Notes: generated from the letters alone by a model not told the origin. Numbered from the stretch's first letter, positions 10,458 through 20,758 are shown. The stretch is 64,000 nt of DNA from Geobacter sp. UBA5730 (GCA_002419465.1 DIGE01000010.1:21699-85698), one strand, 5' to 3'. Program-made: numbers and translations.

Positions 10458-11096
10458 TCAAGGGTTATCTGAGGGGGCTGTCGAAATATGGACCCTACGT
10501 CCTTCAACCCGTAGTCGATTGGCGCAGAACAGACGTACCGCCTCGGGATAGATGCGGTACTCTTCACCATGAATCCGTTGGGAAAGGGACTCAACCGTAT
10601 CGCCAGCCAGGATCGGCACCACCGCCTGCAAGATTACCGGCCCGGTATCGGTGCCGATATCCACAAAATGTACGGTGCAGCCGCTGTAGCGCACTCCGTA
10701 TTCCAGCGCCTGTTGCTGGGCGTCAAGACCAGGAAAGGCCGGCAGCAGGGCGGGGTGGATATTCATGATGGCGTGGGGGAACGCCTCCACCATCAGTGGT
10801 GAGAGCAATCGCATGAAACCGGCCAGCACGACAAGTTGTACCCCGTGTTCTTTCAGCAGTGCTACCAGGGCTTGGTCGTAGGCTGTCCGGTTGGGGTAGC
10901 CTTTGTGATCAAGCACAATGGCCGGGATGTTATGCTTGCGGGCACGCTCCAAGGCATAGGCGTCGGCTTTGTTGCTGATCAGGCAGGCGATCCGGCCATC
11001 GGTGATCCGGCCGTTTTCCAGGGCATCCACAATTGCCTGAAAATTTGAGCCGTTGCCGGACACCAGCACCCCTATGGCCACGGTCTGGTCAGCCAT
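10458..11096 (-). CDS. purN: Phosphoribosylglycinamide formyltransferase
   Basis: 212 aa with VLVSGNGSNFQAI and NIHPALLP motifs. Directly downstream of purM. Confidence 0.92.
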   Translation of the reverse strand: MADQTVAIGVLVSGNGSNFQAIVDALENGRITDGRIACLISNKADAYALERARKHNIPAIVLDHKGYPNRTAYDQALVALLKEHGVQLVVLAGFMRLLSPLMVEAFPHAIMNIHPALLPAFPGLDAQQQALEYGVRYSGCTVHFVDIGTDTGPVILQAVVPILAGDTVESLSQRIHGEEYRIYPEAVRLFCANRLRVEGRRVHISTAPSDNP

Positions 11097-12142
11097 TAGA
11101 GCAGTTCCACCTGTTCCTGTTCCTCGCTGCGGGACTGCACCTCGCCGATCAACCAGGCGGTTTCGTCAAGTCCGTGCAGGCGGGCCAGGATATCTTCCAC
11201 ATCGGTTTCGGCCACAGCCAGCACCATGCCGATTCCCATGTTGAAGGTCCGGTACATCTCAAATTGCTCGACCTTGCCCGCTTCCTCAAGCAGGGCGAAG
11301 ATTGGAGGGCGCTGCCAGGCGTTCAGTCTGAAGCTGGCTTTACACAGTTTGGGCAGGACACGGGGTACGTTGTCGGTCAGGCCGCCCCCGGTAATGTGGG
11401 CGATGCCGTTGATCCTGAAATCCTTCAGCAGGTTCAGGATGGCGCGGACGTAAATCCGGGTGGGTGTCAGCAGGGTTTCGGCTACTGAGGCCCCCAGGCC
11501 TGGCAGCTGGTCATGGATGCCCAGCCCCATCCGGTCGAAGATGATCCGGCGGGCCAGGGAGTAGCCGTTGCTGTGCAGACCGCTGGAGGCGATACCGATC
11601 AGTTTGTTACCCACCGTGATGGATGAGCCGTCAATGATCAGATCTTTTTCAACCACGCCCACGGTAAAACCGGCCATGTCATATTCGCCATCAGTGTAAA
11701 AACCGGGCATTTCTGCGGTTTCACCACCGATCAGAGCGCAGCCGGCCTGCTTGCAGCCTTCGGCAATCCCCGCCACGATCTGGGTCGCCTTGTCGGGATC
11801 CAAATGCCCCGTGGCCAGGTAATCCAGGAAAAAGAGCGGTTCCGCACCCTGCACAATGATGTCGTTGACGCACATCGCCACCAGATCGATGCCGACCGTG
11901 TCGTGTTTGTCAGCCAGAAAGGCCAGTTTGAGCTTGGTGCCGACCCCGTCGGTGCCGGAGACCAGTACCGGATTTTTGTATTTTGCGGCGTTCAGTGAAA
12001 ACAGGCCGCCAAACCCGCCAATCTCGGTCATCACCTCCGGCCGGAAGGTAGCCTTGACCAATGGCTTGATCCTTTGAACAAAACTGTTGCCAGCCTCAAT
12101 ATCAACGCCTGCCTCTTTGTAGGTTGCACGGGATTCATTCAC
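11096..12142 (-). CDS. purM: Phosphoribosylformylglycinamidine cyclo-ligase (AIR synthetase)
   Basis: 348 aa with YKEAGVDIEAGN and DGVGTKLK motifs. Confidence 0.95.
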   Translation of the reverse strand: MNESRATYKEAGVDIEAGNSFVQRIKPLVKATFRPEVMTEIGGFGGLFSLNAAKYKNPVLVSGTDGVGTKLKLAFLADKHDTVGIDLVAMCVNDIIVQGAEPLFFLDYLATGHLDPDKATQIVAGIAEGCKQAGCALIGGETAEMPGFYTDGEYDMAGFTVGVVEKDLIIDGSSITVGNKLIGIASSGLHSNGYSLARRIIFDRMGLGIHDQLPGLGASVAETLLTPTRIYVRAILNLLKDFRINGIAHITGGGLTDNVPRVLPKLCKASFRLNAWQRPPIFALLEEAGKVEQFEMYRTFNMGIGMVLAVAETDVEDILARLHGLDETAWLIGEVQSRSEEQEQVELL

Positions 12143-12278
12143 AGCGTGGGTACTCCTTGTCAGATTGAAAGTATTTTTTAGCCAATCAATGGTGAAAAGT
12201 CAATCTACTCGGCAGCAACCCCTGTGGTATCGGCAGTTTGACCTTGACAAACCACCAACTTTGACGCTTACTTGGGAC

Positions 12279-12902
12279 ATGCGCCCTCTCTTTTTTCTTA
12301 AACGGTGTCTGCTGCCGCGCAATCCGTTTGCAGTGATTGTGGCAACGCTGATGATGGTGGCGGTTGGACAGCCCTGTTGGGCCGATATCTATCGTTACGA
12401 GGATGAGGAGGGGGTGGTGCATTTTACCGATGCCCCCACCGATAAAAAATTCAAGGTGTTTCTACGGGATCTGCGTAAGGACCGTCAACTGCGTACCCAC
12501 TTCAGGATTGCCCGTGGCAACCCTCAGGAATACGAACAGCTGATCCAATCCAGTGCGGCAAAGTATGGGGTCAGCGCGGCCTTGATCAAGGCGGTCATTC
12601 AGGCTGAATCGGGCTATAACCCCAATGCCGTGTCCCGGACCGGAGCCAGTGGTCTGATGCAGTTGATGCCCGGCACGGCTAAACAACTCAAGGTAGCTGA
12701 TAGTTTTAATCCCCAGCAAAATGTGGATGGGGGAGTCCGGTATCTCAAGTTTTTGCTGGATACCTTCAAGGGGGATGTGACACTGGCCTTGGCCGCCTAC
12801 AATGCAGGGTTACACAAGGTGGCCAAATATGGCGGCGTGCCACCCTATGAAGAGACCCGTACCTATGTCAGCCGGGTTCTGTCTTATATGAGGTCCAACT
12901 GA
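12279..12902 (+). CDS. Lytic transglycosylase (SLT domain) with an N-terminal DUF4124-like segment
   Basis: ATG at 12279 gives a signal peptide. Motifs are IYRYEDEEGVVHFTD and the SLT catalytic region AESGYNPNAVSRTGASGLMQLMP. Confidence 0.85.
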   Translation: MRPLFFLKRCLLPRNPFAVIVATLMMVAVGQPCWADIYRYEDEEGVVHFTDAPTDKKFKVFLRDLRKDRQLRTHFRIARGNPQEYEQLIQSSAAKYGVSAALIKAVIQAESGYNPNAVSRTGASGLMQLMPGTAKQLKVADSFNPQQNVDGGVRYLKFLLDTFKGDVTLALAAYNAGLHKVAKYGGVPPYEETRTYVSRVLSYMRSN

Positions 12903-12903
12903 C

Positions 12904-13491
12904 GTGTCCCCGTATCATCCGATCCTTAATCCTCCCAATATCCTGACCTTGTTCAGAATCGCCTGTATCCCCCTGCTGGTCGTGCTGCTGCTGTCGCCAT
13001 CCCGCGAGACCTGTTTTTGGGCGGCCTGGGTCTTTGCCCTGGCTTCGGCTACTGATTGGCTGGATGGTCACCTGGCCCGCCGGATGGGGATCGTGACAGT
13101 CTTCGGCAAGTTTCTGGACCCGATTGCCGATAAGCTGATCGTGATGGCAGCCCTGATCATGATCCTGCCTTATGACCGGGTGCCGGCCTGGATGGTGCTG
13201 GTGATCCTGAGCCGCGAGATTGTCATCACCGGCCTGCGGGGGATCGCTTCCAGCGAGGGGATCGTGATCCAGGCCTCGGATCTGGGCAAGTTCAAGACCA
13301 TCTTTCAGCTGGTGGCCATCATCGGTCTGCTGCTGCATTACGATTATCGCTGGTTCTTTGGCATTGACCACCCGCTGGTGGTTGTCTCCATGCATAATGC
13401 CGGCCTCTTTTTTCTCTGGATCGCCATGGCCCTTACCGTCTGGTCAGGTCTGGACTATCTCTTTCGCTTTGTGCGGGTGATTGCCCGCTAG
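12904..13491 (+). CDS. pgsA: CDP-diacylglycerol--glycerol-3-phosphate 3-phosphatidyltransferase
   Basis: CDP-alcohol phosphatidyltransferase motif DWLDGHLARRMGIVTVFGKFLDPIADK in a multi-pass membrane protein. Confidence 0.9.
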   Translation: MSPYHPILNPPNILTLFRIACIPLLVVLLLSPSRETCFWAAWVFALASATDWLDGHLARRMGIVTVFGKFLDPIADKLIVMAALIMILPYDRVPAWMVLVILSREIVITGLRGIASSEGIVIQASDLGKFKTIFQLVAIIGLLLHYDYRWFFGIDHPLVVVSMHNAGLFFLWIAMALTVWSGLDYLFRFVRVIAR

Positions 13492-13524
13492 CAGGCCTGC
13501 TTTTTGTTCCGTGACCCATCCCCT

Positions 13525-14547
13525 ATGTCCATGACAATCCCCATCACCCTCGATGAACTGGTTGTTCGTTTCGGCCTCGACCCGGCGCCTTTCGGGCAGG
13601 TTGCCAGGCGGTATCCCTTTCGCCTGACCCGTTATTACGCTGGTCTGATCCAGGCACCTGATGACCCGATCTGGCGGCAGTGCGTGCCTGACCTGGCTGA
13701 GCTGGATGACGATGGACAGCTGGCGGACCCGCTGGATGAAGAGCGCCTGAGCCCGGTGCCCGGCCTGATCCATCGCTACCCGGACCGGGCGGTGCTGCTG
13801 GTCTCGAATCGTTGTGCCGTGTATTGCCGGTTCTGCATGCGGAAACGCCAGGTTGGTTGTGGTGCAACGGTGCTCGATCTGGACCGGGCTATCGACTATA
13901 TTGCCGCCACCCCAAGGCTGCGAGACATCGTTCTGTCCGGTGGTGATCCCCTGTTGCTGCCGATCGATCAGCTGCACGAGCTGTTGACACGGTTACGGGC
14001 CATTCCCCACCTGGAAATAGTCAGGATCGGCAGCCGGGCACCGGTGACGGCGCCTGACCTGATTACGCCGGAACTGTGCCGCATGCTGGCCGGGCATCAG
14101 CCGCTCTACCTCAACACCCATTTCAACCACCCCCACGAGCTGACCGCAGAGGCTGCCCGGGCCTGTGCTGCGCTGTCTGATGCCGGTATCCCGCTGGGCA
14201 ACCAGACGGTGCTGTTGAAAGGGGTGAATGACCAGCCAGCCGTGTTGGAACAACTCTTTTCCGGTCTGTTACGGTTGCGGGTGCGTCCCTACTATCTGCA
14301 CCAGATGGATCTGGTGCAGGGCACCGGCCATTTTCGTACGCCGCTGGCGCGGGGAATGGAGTTGCTTGCTGGCTTACGGGGACCGGTCAGCGGTATGGCG
14401 ATTCCTCATTTCGTGGTGGATCTGCCGGGAGGGCAGGGCAAGGTACCGCTTTTGGCGGAAACGGCACGGCCCGCGGATGCTGGCTGGTTGATTCGAAATC
14501 TGGCCGGTGAACTGGTGGAGTACCGTGATCCGCCTGCAACATCATAA
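13525..14547 (+). CDS. KamA-family radical SAM protein (lysine 2,3-aminomutase / EpmB-like)
   Basis: Radical SAM cluster CAVYCRFCMRKR, SGGDPLL motif and ~340 aa length. ATG at 13525; the ORF track starts at TTG 13504. Confidence 0.8.
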   Translation: MSMTIPITLDELVVRFGLDPAPFGQVARRYPFRLTRYYAGLIQAPDDPIWRQCVPDLAELDDDGQLADPLDEERLSPVPGLIHRYPDRAVLLVSNRCAVYCRFCMRKRQVGCGATVLDLDRAIDYIAATPRLRDIVLSGGDPLLLPIDQLHELLTRLRAIPHLEIVRIGSRAPVTAPDLITPELCRMLAGHQPLYLNTHFNHPHELTAEAARACAALSDAGIPLGNQTVLLKGVNDQPAVLEQLFSGLLRLRVRPYYLHQMDLVQGTGHFRTPLARGMELLAGLRGPVSGMAIPHFVVDLPGGQGKVPLLAETARPADAGWLIRNLAGELVEYRDPPATS

Positions 14548-14970
14548 TCGTTTGCGCATCTCCAGCACGTTGCCCCCCGGTACCCGGCGGTAGTTGACCG
14601 AATCCATCAAGGTCCGTATGATGTAAATTCCGCGCCCGCCAGTCTCCAGCAGCTCTTCTTCGTCAAAGCCAGGATCCGGGATGCTGTTCAGATCAAAGCC
14701 CTGGCCCTGATCAAAGACCTGTAGCACTAACTCGTTGTCGCTGATGGTAATCCTGATGTCCACCTGTTTGTCCGGATCACCGGCATTGGCATGCCTGATG
14801 GCATTGACCATCGCCTCGGTCAGCACCACGTTCAACTGGTTGGCCAATGCTTCCCGGTCGCCACTAAAGCCTTGCAGTTGCAGGGCCAGGTCTTCGCCGA
14901 TCCGGCCAATCAGGCTTAAATAACAGGTCTGGTTGGGCACCTTGATCTGAATCTCTAGTTCATTCTTCAT
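14542..14970 (-). CDS. Anti-sigma regulatory factor, RsbW/SpoIIAB-type serine protein kinase
   Basis: 142 aa with a GHKL ATPase N-box (EAMVNAIRHA), G1 (DQGQGFD) and G2 (GGRGIYI). Confidence 0.85.
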   Translation of the reverse strand: MKNELEIQIKVPNQTCYLSLIGRIGEDLALQLQGFSGDREALANQLNVVLTEAMVNAIRHANAGDPDKQVDIRITISDNELVLQVFDQGQGFDLNSIPDPGFDEEELLETGGRGIYIIRTLMDSVNYRRVPGGNVLEMRKRL

Positions 14971-15003
14971 GGGCGTTCAGTTCCGTAGCTGCGTTGGTTG
15001 TCG

Positions 15004-15339
15004 TCAAAAGGAGGCCAGGGCGTCGTCCATGGTCGTATAGATCTCAAAGACGCGATGCAGCCGGGTCAATTCGAACATCGATTTGACCTGGCTCTGTAGC
15101 CCGGAAAGCTTCAGGTCAGCCTGGCGGGCCGAGGCGTTTTTAAAACCGGAGACCAGAGCACCCAGCCCTGAGCTGTCTATAAAACGCACTTCCTTAAGAT
15201 CTACCACTACACCGGATTTGCCAGCCCCAAACAAGTTATTCAGCGTCTGTTTCAGTTCGTCGGCGTTGTGGGCATCCAGCCGTTCCTCTTTCACCTGTAG
15301 CAATACAATCGCGCCTTGTTCCTCTTGCTTGATATTCAC
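15004..15339 (-). CDS. STAS-domain anti-sigma-factor antagonist (RsbV/SpoIIAA-like)
   Basis: 111 aa. The phospho-acceptor context FIDSSGLGALV is present. Confidence 0.88.
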   Translation of the reverse strand: MNIKQEEQGAIVLLQVKEERLDAHNADELKQTLNNLFGAGKSGVVVDLKEVRFIDSSGLGALVSGFKNASARQADLKLSGLQSQVKSMFELTRLHRVFEIYTTMDDALASF

Positions 15340-15355
15340 GTGTCCACTCCTTTCG

Positions 15356-18300
15356 TTAGGTCAATATTTTCAAGACCACCATGGAAACATCATCCTGTAG
15401 CGCCTCTGTGCCGCTGAACTGCTGCACCTGAGTATAAAATGAATCAGCAATCCGCCCTGCCGGTTCATGGCCGATTTCGGCCAGATGCCGGCACATCCGC
15501 TCGGTGCCGTACAGCTCCCCCTGCGCGGTCATGGCCTCGGGGATGCCGTCGGTGTGGAAGAAGATCACATCACCAGCCTGTAGTGCGATAACCTGTTCCT
15601 CAAATACCACATTTTGTTTGATGCCCAGAATCAGCCCTTCGGCATCCAGTTCACGGCAGCTGGTCTCGCCGGGACGATGGATCAGCGGTCGATTATGTCC
15701 GGCATTGGCATAGGATAGCCGACCGGTGGCTGCATTGTAGCGGGCATAGAACATGGTGATGAACAGTTCGGCCCGGCTCAGGTCTTCATAGAGCTGGTTG
15801 TTGAGTGAACTCAGAATCAGACTGGGGCTGGTTGCCTGGTTGGCCTGGGCCCGCAGCAGGGTGCGCACCTCTGCCATGATCAGGGCAGCCCCCACACTGT
15901 GACCGGAGACATCGGCAATCAACAGGTCAATGGTCTGCTCATCCCGTTTAAAAAAATCATAGTAGTCGCCTCCCACATGGGTGGCGGCGATGCAGCGTCC
16001 AGCCAGCTCAATGCCGAAGATTTCCGGAGGGTTTTCAGGCAGCAGTGAAAGCTGGATCTGTTGAGCGATCTCCATATCCCGCATCAAGCGCGCCTTGTCC
16101 AGTTGTGCCTGCTGCATTTTGCGCCGGGCGGCCTCGCGGGCCTCCATTTCTCCCATCAGGCGGGCAGCCTGGGCCAGTTGGCCGGTGAGGCTGGTCAACA
16201 GGCTGATGAACTCCTCGGTAAAGAGCCCAACAATGTTTTTGGAGTAGACCGACAGGACTCCCAGGCTTTCTTCGCCCTCGCGGAAGATCGGCACATGGGC
16301 AAAGGAGACAAACCCTTCAGCCCGGGTCTTGGCGATCTCCACTACTCCGTCCGCCAGTTTGATGTCGTTCACCAGATGGGCCCGTTGGTCAATCATCGCC
16401 TTCTTGAAATAAGGCTCACTCTCCCGATACCAGTGCTCCGGAGTGATCGGCCGACGGTTGGTTCCCTGGTAACTGATCACCTCAAGGGGGAAGTCGCTGT
16501 TTTTGCGCAACTGGATCAGACCGGCATCCAGTTTGAATTCTTTCAGCAACAGCTGTAACAGATCGTCGCAGATTGTCTGCAAATCCAGGGTCCGGTTCAT
16601 GATTTCGGAAGCCTTCAGCCGCACGAACAGCGCTTCACGGCTTTGGTCAAGCGAGGTGCGAACCGTGCTGAAGATATCGTAGACCGATTCCATCCGGCTG
16701 CCCATGTCGGAAAGATAGCTGTCCACAATGGCACCGGCAGCGGCTGCCCCCACCGAGCCGGCCAGAGTCCGCTCAACGAACCGTTTCAGGCCCGGCAGTT
16801 CAAATTCATCACCGGCATTGTCAGGGGCCAGACGACGTTCTTTCTGGTAGTTTTCCAGGGCGCGCTTGGCTTCGGCTTCGCCGATAAATTTGCCCAGCAG
16901 TGCGGTGAATTGGGGGATAGTGACCGGTTTTGACAGACGTTTGGCTGCCGCCCGGTAGGCTCTGGCCTCCTGTTCAAAGCTGCCGATAAAACGATGAACC
17001 TGTTCTTTCTCTCGTTCCGACTGTGGTAAAAGCAGCGAGCAGATCAGATAGGCGCCCGTGTTGAAGAGCATGCTCCAAAACAGGGAGTGGCTCCACATAT
17101 CCATACCGATCAGGCCAAACAGCGCGGTGGGTTTGAGCAGGGTAATGGCAAAGGGACCGTTCTGCAGAAAAGAATGCAGTTCCGGCGTAGCAAAGAGCGA
17201 AGGTATCAGGAGTGTGTAGGCCCAGAGTATAAATCCCAGACTCATGCCGCTGATGGCGCCTGACTTGTTGCCGCGTTTCCAGTAGATGCCCCCCAGCAGG
17301 GCCGGCAGGAACTGCATGGCAGCGGAAAAAGAGATCAGGCCCATATTGACCAGCATGAAGGAGTCCCCCACCAGGCGATAGTAGAGGTACCCCATGAAGA
17401 CCACCAGAAAGATGCCGAATCGTTTCAGGTTGATCAGGAGCAGTGGAAACCACTGTTTTGGTGTGATCCGCACGATGATCGGCATGAACAGGTGGTTGAG
17501 CAGCATGGTGGAGATGGCCACCGACTCTACCATTACCATGCCGGCTGCAGCTGAAAGTCCCCCCAGGAAGGCCAGTAATGCGATGCTGTTGTTGTTGGCC
17601 ATCAGTGGCAGACTGATAACAAAAAAATCGGCCCCGACAGAACTTCCGGTCAGCAGTACGCCCCCCAGGGCGATCGGCATGATAAACAGGTTGATCAGGA
17701 ACAGGTAGGCGGGAAAGAGCCACATCGCTGTCTTGACATGGCCGATATCGGCGTTTTCTATCACCATGACATGAAACTGGCGTGGCAGGAGCATGATGGC
17801 CCCCATGGACATCAGCAACATGGTGACAGAGGGGATTGAGCCGTTGCCCGGCTGGGTGTCAAGGGTCATCAGACGGATGAACTGTTCGGGAAAACGGGCC
17901 TGGAATTGCTCGAAGATGTCACTAAAGCCGTTGAACAGGCCCCAGGTAATAAAAATGCCCACTCCCAGCAGACTGATCAGTTTGACCAGTGATTCAAAGG
18001 CCACTGCGGCGATCAGGCCTTCGTGACGATCAATGGAGGAGAGTCGGCGGGCGCCGAAGATTACCCCGAAGACCGAGAGTATGATGGCCAGCACCAGTCC
18101 GGTGGGAAGGGCGACCGGCTCAGCGGCGCCGGGCAGGGCGATGGTGCGGCTGGTGACTCCGCTGACCAGTGCGAAAGAGGTGGAGACCGCCTTGATCTGC
18201 AGGGCTATGTACGGCATGATCCCCAGCGTGGCGATCAGGGTGACCAGGGTGCCCAATGGCTGCGATTTGCCGTAGCGCAGACTGATAAAATCGGCAATGG

Positions 18301-18604
18301 AGGAGACGTTGGATTCTTTGCTGATCCGGATCATCCGCTGTAAGATAAAATGCCAGGAGAAGGCAGTCAGGGTTGGTCCCAGATAAATCATCAGAAAATC
18401 TATTCCGCTGGTAGCTGCCTTGCCGACACTGCCGTAGAAGGTCCAGGAGGAACAGTAGATTGCTATCGAAAGCGCATAGACCAGCGGGTTGTTGACAATA
18501 CTCTTGCCCGCGTCACGGCGACGGCCGGCAAACCAGGCGACCAGAAACAGCAGCCCGGTATAGCCAACCGCAATAGCAGCTACTTGTAGCAAGTCGAGGG
18601 TCAC
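15356..18604 (-). CDS. Sodium:solute symporter-domain sensor fused to GAF and a PP2C/SpoIIE serine phosphatase
   Basis: 1082 aa. The N-terminal ~560 aa is a polytopic SSS-like membrane domain. A GAF-like middle region and a coiled coil follow. The C-terminus is a SpoIIE/PP2C domain (GGDYYDF...ADVSGHSVGAAL...FHTDGIPE...DDVSMVVLK). Confidence 0.82.
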   Translation of the reverse strand: MTLDLLQVAAIAVGYTGLLFLVAWFAGRRRDAGKSIVNNPLVYALSIAIYCSSWTFYGSVGKAATSGIDFLMIYLGPTLTAFSWHFILQRMIRISKESNVSSIADFISLRYGKSQPLGTLVTLIATLGIMPYIALQIKAVSTSFALVSGVTSRTIALPGAAEPVALPTGLVLAIILSVFGVIFGARRLSSIDRHEGLIAAVAFESLVKLISLLGVGIFITWGLFNGFSDIFEQFQARFPEQFIRLMTLDTQPGNGSIPSVTMLLMSMGAIMLLPRQFHVMVIENADIGHVKTAMWLFPAYLFLINLFIMPIALGGVLLTGSSVGADFFVISLPLMANNNSIALLAFLGGLSAAAGMVMVESVAISTMLLNHLFMPIIVRITPKQWFPLLLINLKRFGIFLVVFMGYLYYRLVGDSFMLVNMGLISFSAAMQFLPALLGGIYWKRGNKSGAISGMSLGFILWAYTLLIPSLFATPELHSFLQNGPFAITLLKPTALFGLIGMDMWSHSLFWSMLFNTGAYLICSLLLPQSEREKEQVHRFIGSFEQEARAYRAAAKRLSKPVTIPQFTALLGKFIGEAEAKRALENYQKERRLAPDNAGDEFELPGLKRFVERTLAGSVGAAAAGAIVDSYLSDMGSRMESVYDIFSTVRTSLDQSREALFVRLKASEIMNRTLDLQTICDDLLQLLLKEFKLDAGLIQLRKNSDFPLEVISYQGTNRRPITPEHWYRESEPYFKKAMIDQRAHLVNDIKLADGVVEIAKTRAEGFVSFAHVPIFREGEESLGVLSVYSKNIVGLFTEEFISLLTSLTGQLAQAARLMGEMEAREAARRKMQQAQLDKARLMRDMEIAQQIQLSLLPENPPEIFGIELAGRCIAATHVGGDYYDFFKRDEQTIDLLIADVSGHSVGAALIMAEVRTLLRAQANQATSPSLILSSLNNQLYEDLSRAELFITMFYARYNAATGRLSYANAGHNRPLIHRPGETSCRELDAEGLILGIKQNVVFEEQVIALQAGDVIFFHTDGIPEAMTAQGELYGTERMCRHLAEIGHEPAGRIADSFYTQVQQFSGTEALQDDVSMVVLKILT

Positions 18605-18861
18605 TGGGGTGGCTGCTCCTCAACGGTCTGCTGGTCAGATTCGGTGGCCTGGGTAAACAGGTAGATGACACCGATGGAGGCAGCCCATCCAACGGTAAAA
18701 TAGAGAAAAAGCAGGGGAAATCCCAAGATACTGATCGGTTGATTGAAAATTTTGAGAAAGGGGAAGTTGATCATCACATTCCCCATGATGAAGAAAATAA
18801 TCCAGGATTCACGCAGTTGCAGGCGTTTCAACAAGCGATGTCGGGTCGAACGCCAGATCAT
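18601..18861 (-). CDS. Small two-TM membrane protein, resembling symporter small subunits (DUF4212-like)
   Basis: 86 aa. Its stop overlaps the start of the SSS-PP2C gene by 4 nt. The hydrophobic core ILGFPLLFLYFTVGWAASIGVIYLF recalls small subunits that precede SSS permeases. The family assignment is from memory. Confidence 0.55.
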   Translation of the reverse strand: MIWRSTRHRLLKRLQLRESWIIFFIMGNVMINFPFLKIFNQPISILGFPLLFLYFTVGWAASIGVIYLFTQATESDQQTVEEQPPQ

Positions 18862-19060
18862 GGGGCACCCTCTGTTTATCCGCTGTTAGGTTTGGCTGGC
18901 CTTTGGCACCCGTGCCGCAGACATAGGCAATACTACCATTGAAGCAAGGGCCGTGCAACCACGAGCCTTCTGCCGGTGGATTCGTTTGACGCTCCGTCGG
19001 GATATGTGGTAGCGTCTGCATCAATCAACGCCCCATTTTTTCTTGCCCGGAAGGTGCCAC

Positions 19061-20758
19061 ATGCTGCGCATGCTGCTGCTTCTCCTGATAACCGTTTTGG
19101 TGTCAGCCTGTACCGGTCTGCGTGCTGCGGACGACCCGTCGCTTGCTGCACCTCCTCTTTCCCGCAGTGCCATCAGTCTGTATGCCCAGTCGCGTCTGGC
19201 GGTGAATGAAGGCGATGCTGAGCGGGCCCTGCGGTTGTTGCGCGAGGCACAGGCGGCTGATCCCGGTTCTGGCCTCCTCTATGTGACCGAAGCCGAGATC
19301 CGTCTGAAAGGCAATCAGGTTGCCGAAGCGTTGATCCTTGTGGACAAGGCTATCAAGGCCGAACCTGGCAACCGTGATGCGCACCTGTTGGGGGGCACTA
19401 TCATGGCTACCCTGGGCCGTGACCGTGAGGCGGCAGGCTATCTGCGTACAGCGGTTAACCTTGATCCCGCGAAAGAGGATTCGGTGCTGCTTTTGGTGGA
19501 TAGCTTGCTGAAACTCTTTGAATACGAAGAGTCGGTGACGGTCCTGAAGGAGCTGATCCGTCTGAAGCCGGATTCGGCAGTCGGGTATTACTATCTGGGC
19601 AAGACCTACAGTCAGATGAAACTTTACCGCGAAGCGGTGGGCTTTTATAAACGATCCCTGGAACTGCGCCCCGACTTTTTTCAGGCGGCAATCGATCAGG
19701 CTGTGTCCCTTGAGGCGTTGGGGGAATACGATCAGGCTGTTGCCGCTTACAAGGCGCTGATTGATGATACCGAGAATCGGGCACCGCTGGTGAACCACCT
19801 GGTCCAGCTGCTGATCCAGCAACGGCGTTATGATGATGCTCTGATCTACCTTAACAAGCTGACCACCATGGGGTTGGGTAGTAGCGAGGTCAAGCGCAAG
19901 GCCGGTCTGATTTATCTCGAGTTGGGCCGCCATGACGATGCGATCCGTGTCTTTACTGACATGCTGACCAAGGAGCCGGATGCCCATCAGATCCGCTTTT
20001 ACCTTGGCTCTGCCTATGAGGAAAAGGGTGATTATGACCGGGCCAAGGCCGAGTTCAGCAAGATTCCGGCAGATGCCGATATTTATGCTGAAACATTGGG
20101 ACATCTGGCTTTTATCCTCAAGGAGCAGGAGCGGGAGGATGAAGCGGTGCAACTGTTGCAAAAAGGGATCACCGTATACCCGGACCGGCTGGAGTTGTAC
20201 CTGAGTCTGGCCACCCTCTACGACGCCATCGATAAAGATGATGAGGGGCTCAAGCTGTTACTGGGGGTTGATGCCCGTTTCAGCGCTGATCCCCGCTTCC
20301 AGTTCCGGTTGGGGGTGCTTTACGATAAGTTGGGCAAGAAGCCGGACTCGATCAATCGGATGAAGCGGGTGATTGAGCTGAGTCCCCGCGATGCCCAGGC
20401 CCTGAACTATCTTGGCTACACCTACGCTGAAATGGGCGTTAATCTTGAAGAGGCGTTGGGATATATCAAGCGAGCCCTGGAAGTCAGACCCGATGACGGC
20501 TTTTTTATCGATAGTCTGGGATGGACCTATTACCAGTTAAAACGCTATGACGAAGCGGTCAAGCAGCTTGAGCGGGCAGCCGAGCTGGTGTCCGACGACC
20601 CGACAGTGCTGGAACATCTGGGGGATGCCTATCTGGCCCGCAAAGATTTCAAAAAGGCGCACAAGATGTATAAAAAAGCCCTGGACCTGGATGCCAATAA
20701 AAAGCAGTTGGGAGATAAGATCAAGCGGGCGTTGAAAGGTGAACCGGCCGAACGATGA
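19061..20758 (+). CDS. TPR-repeat lipoprotein
   Basis: ATG at 19061 gives the lipobox LVSACTG. TPR repeats run throughout the protein. Confidence 0.8.
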   Translation: MLRMLLLLLITVLVSACTGLRAADDPSLAAPPLSRSAISLYAQSRLAVNEGDAERALRLLREAQAADPGSGLLYVTEAEIRLKGNQVAEALILVDKAIKAEPGNRDAHLLGGTIMATLGRDREAAGYLRTAVNLDPAKEDSVLLLVDSLLKLFEYEESVTVLKELIRLKPDSAVGYYYLGKTYSQMKLYREAVGFYKRSLELRPDFFQAAIDQAVSLEALGEYDQAVAAYKALIDDTENRAPLVNHLVQLLIQQRRYDDALIYLNKLTTMGLGSSEVKRKAGLIYLELGRHDDAIRVFTDMLTKEPDAHQIRFYLGSAYEEKGDYDRAKAEFSKIPADADIYAETLGHLAFILKEQEREDEAVQLLQKGITVYPDRLELYLSLATLYDAIDKDDEGLKLLLGVDARFSADPRFQFRLGVLYDKLGKKPDSINRMKRVIELSPRDAQALNYLGYTYAEMGVNLEEALGYIKRALEVRPDDGFFIDSLGWTYYQLKRYDEAVKQLERAAELVSDDPTVLEHLGDAYLARKDFKKAHKMYKKALDLDANKKQLGDKIKRALKGEPAER

